A stretch of 56,346 nucleotides of DNA from a virus. Lineage: Duplodnaviria > Caudoviricetes. The stretch spans positions 1-56,346 of IMG/VR virus record IMGVR_UViG_3300009163_002034, one strand, 5' to 3'. The translations under genes and the position numbers were made by a program. Under the pieces are notes generated by a model. The model saw only the letters and a list, made by a program, of their open reading frames with translations, was not told the origin of the DNA and did no database searches. Shown here piece by piece: positions 56,199 through 56,346 of this stretch (its first letter is position 1; each line of letters begins with the position of its first letter).

Positions 56199-56334
56199 GT
56201 TGTTGTAAAAATACAACAACACAAAGTTTGACAATAAATCAAATTGGTGCTATAATACATACATGAGTTGAAGAAGTTCTTGGAAACAGAGACACACAAA
56301 AGAACTTGACAATAAATGGTAAAGGTGTTATAAT
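56199..56334 (+). promoter_or_regulatory. Palindromic operator-like site plus two tandem sigma70 promoters
   Basis: GTTGTTGTA-AAAA-TACAACAAC; TTGACA-N17-TATAAT at 56228-56 and 56306-34. Confidence 0.75.
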
Positions 56335-56346
56335 AGACACATAGCA

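Noticed and set aside
1-56346. CRISPR array or diversity-generating retroelement
   Set aside because: No regularly spaced repeat-spacer array; no reverse transcriptase or adenine-specific TR/VR pair seen; fibre repeats differ mainly at synonymous sites.

Overview
Segment of a large, AT-rich, T4-like/jumbo tailed-phage genome; the host is plausibly a betaproteobacterium (Bug/TctC gene, proteobacterial-type IscU and class Ia RNR). 1-19.9 kb: four repetitive Thr/Gly/Asn/Ala-rich fibre or adhesin genes, including a 3725-aa protein. 19.9-30 kb: nrdA, nrdB, glutaredoxin, PAAR, a probable virion protein and a SleB-type hydrolase. 30-32.6 kb: HNH endonuclease, interrupted iscU, rubrerythrin, rubredoxin. 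31-47.8 kb: an enzyme island with 4 PP-loop ATP pyrophosphatases, 3 desaturases, 2OG-Fe(II)-like oxygenases, sulfotransferase-like proteins, GNATs, a Rieske protein, a P450 and TctC. 47.8-56.3 kb: an array of about 25 tRNA genes plus remnants, interleaved with structured ncRNAs, HNH genes and single accessory genes. Two candidate undescribed systems stand out. (1) iscU carries GGT-TAG-TTA-GGT inside its conserved CGD motif, preceded by an 11-bp hairpin and directly downstream of an HNH gene, a miniature analogue of the T4 mobA/gene 60 ribosomal-bypass cassette. (2) A 55-codon leader ORF using all 20 amino acids and 41 different codons overlaps an antiterminator/terminator switch in front of the tRNA array, a candidate translation-sensing attenuator. 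All calls were made by eye; no searches or folding programs were run.
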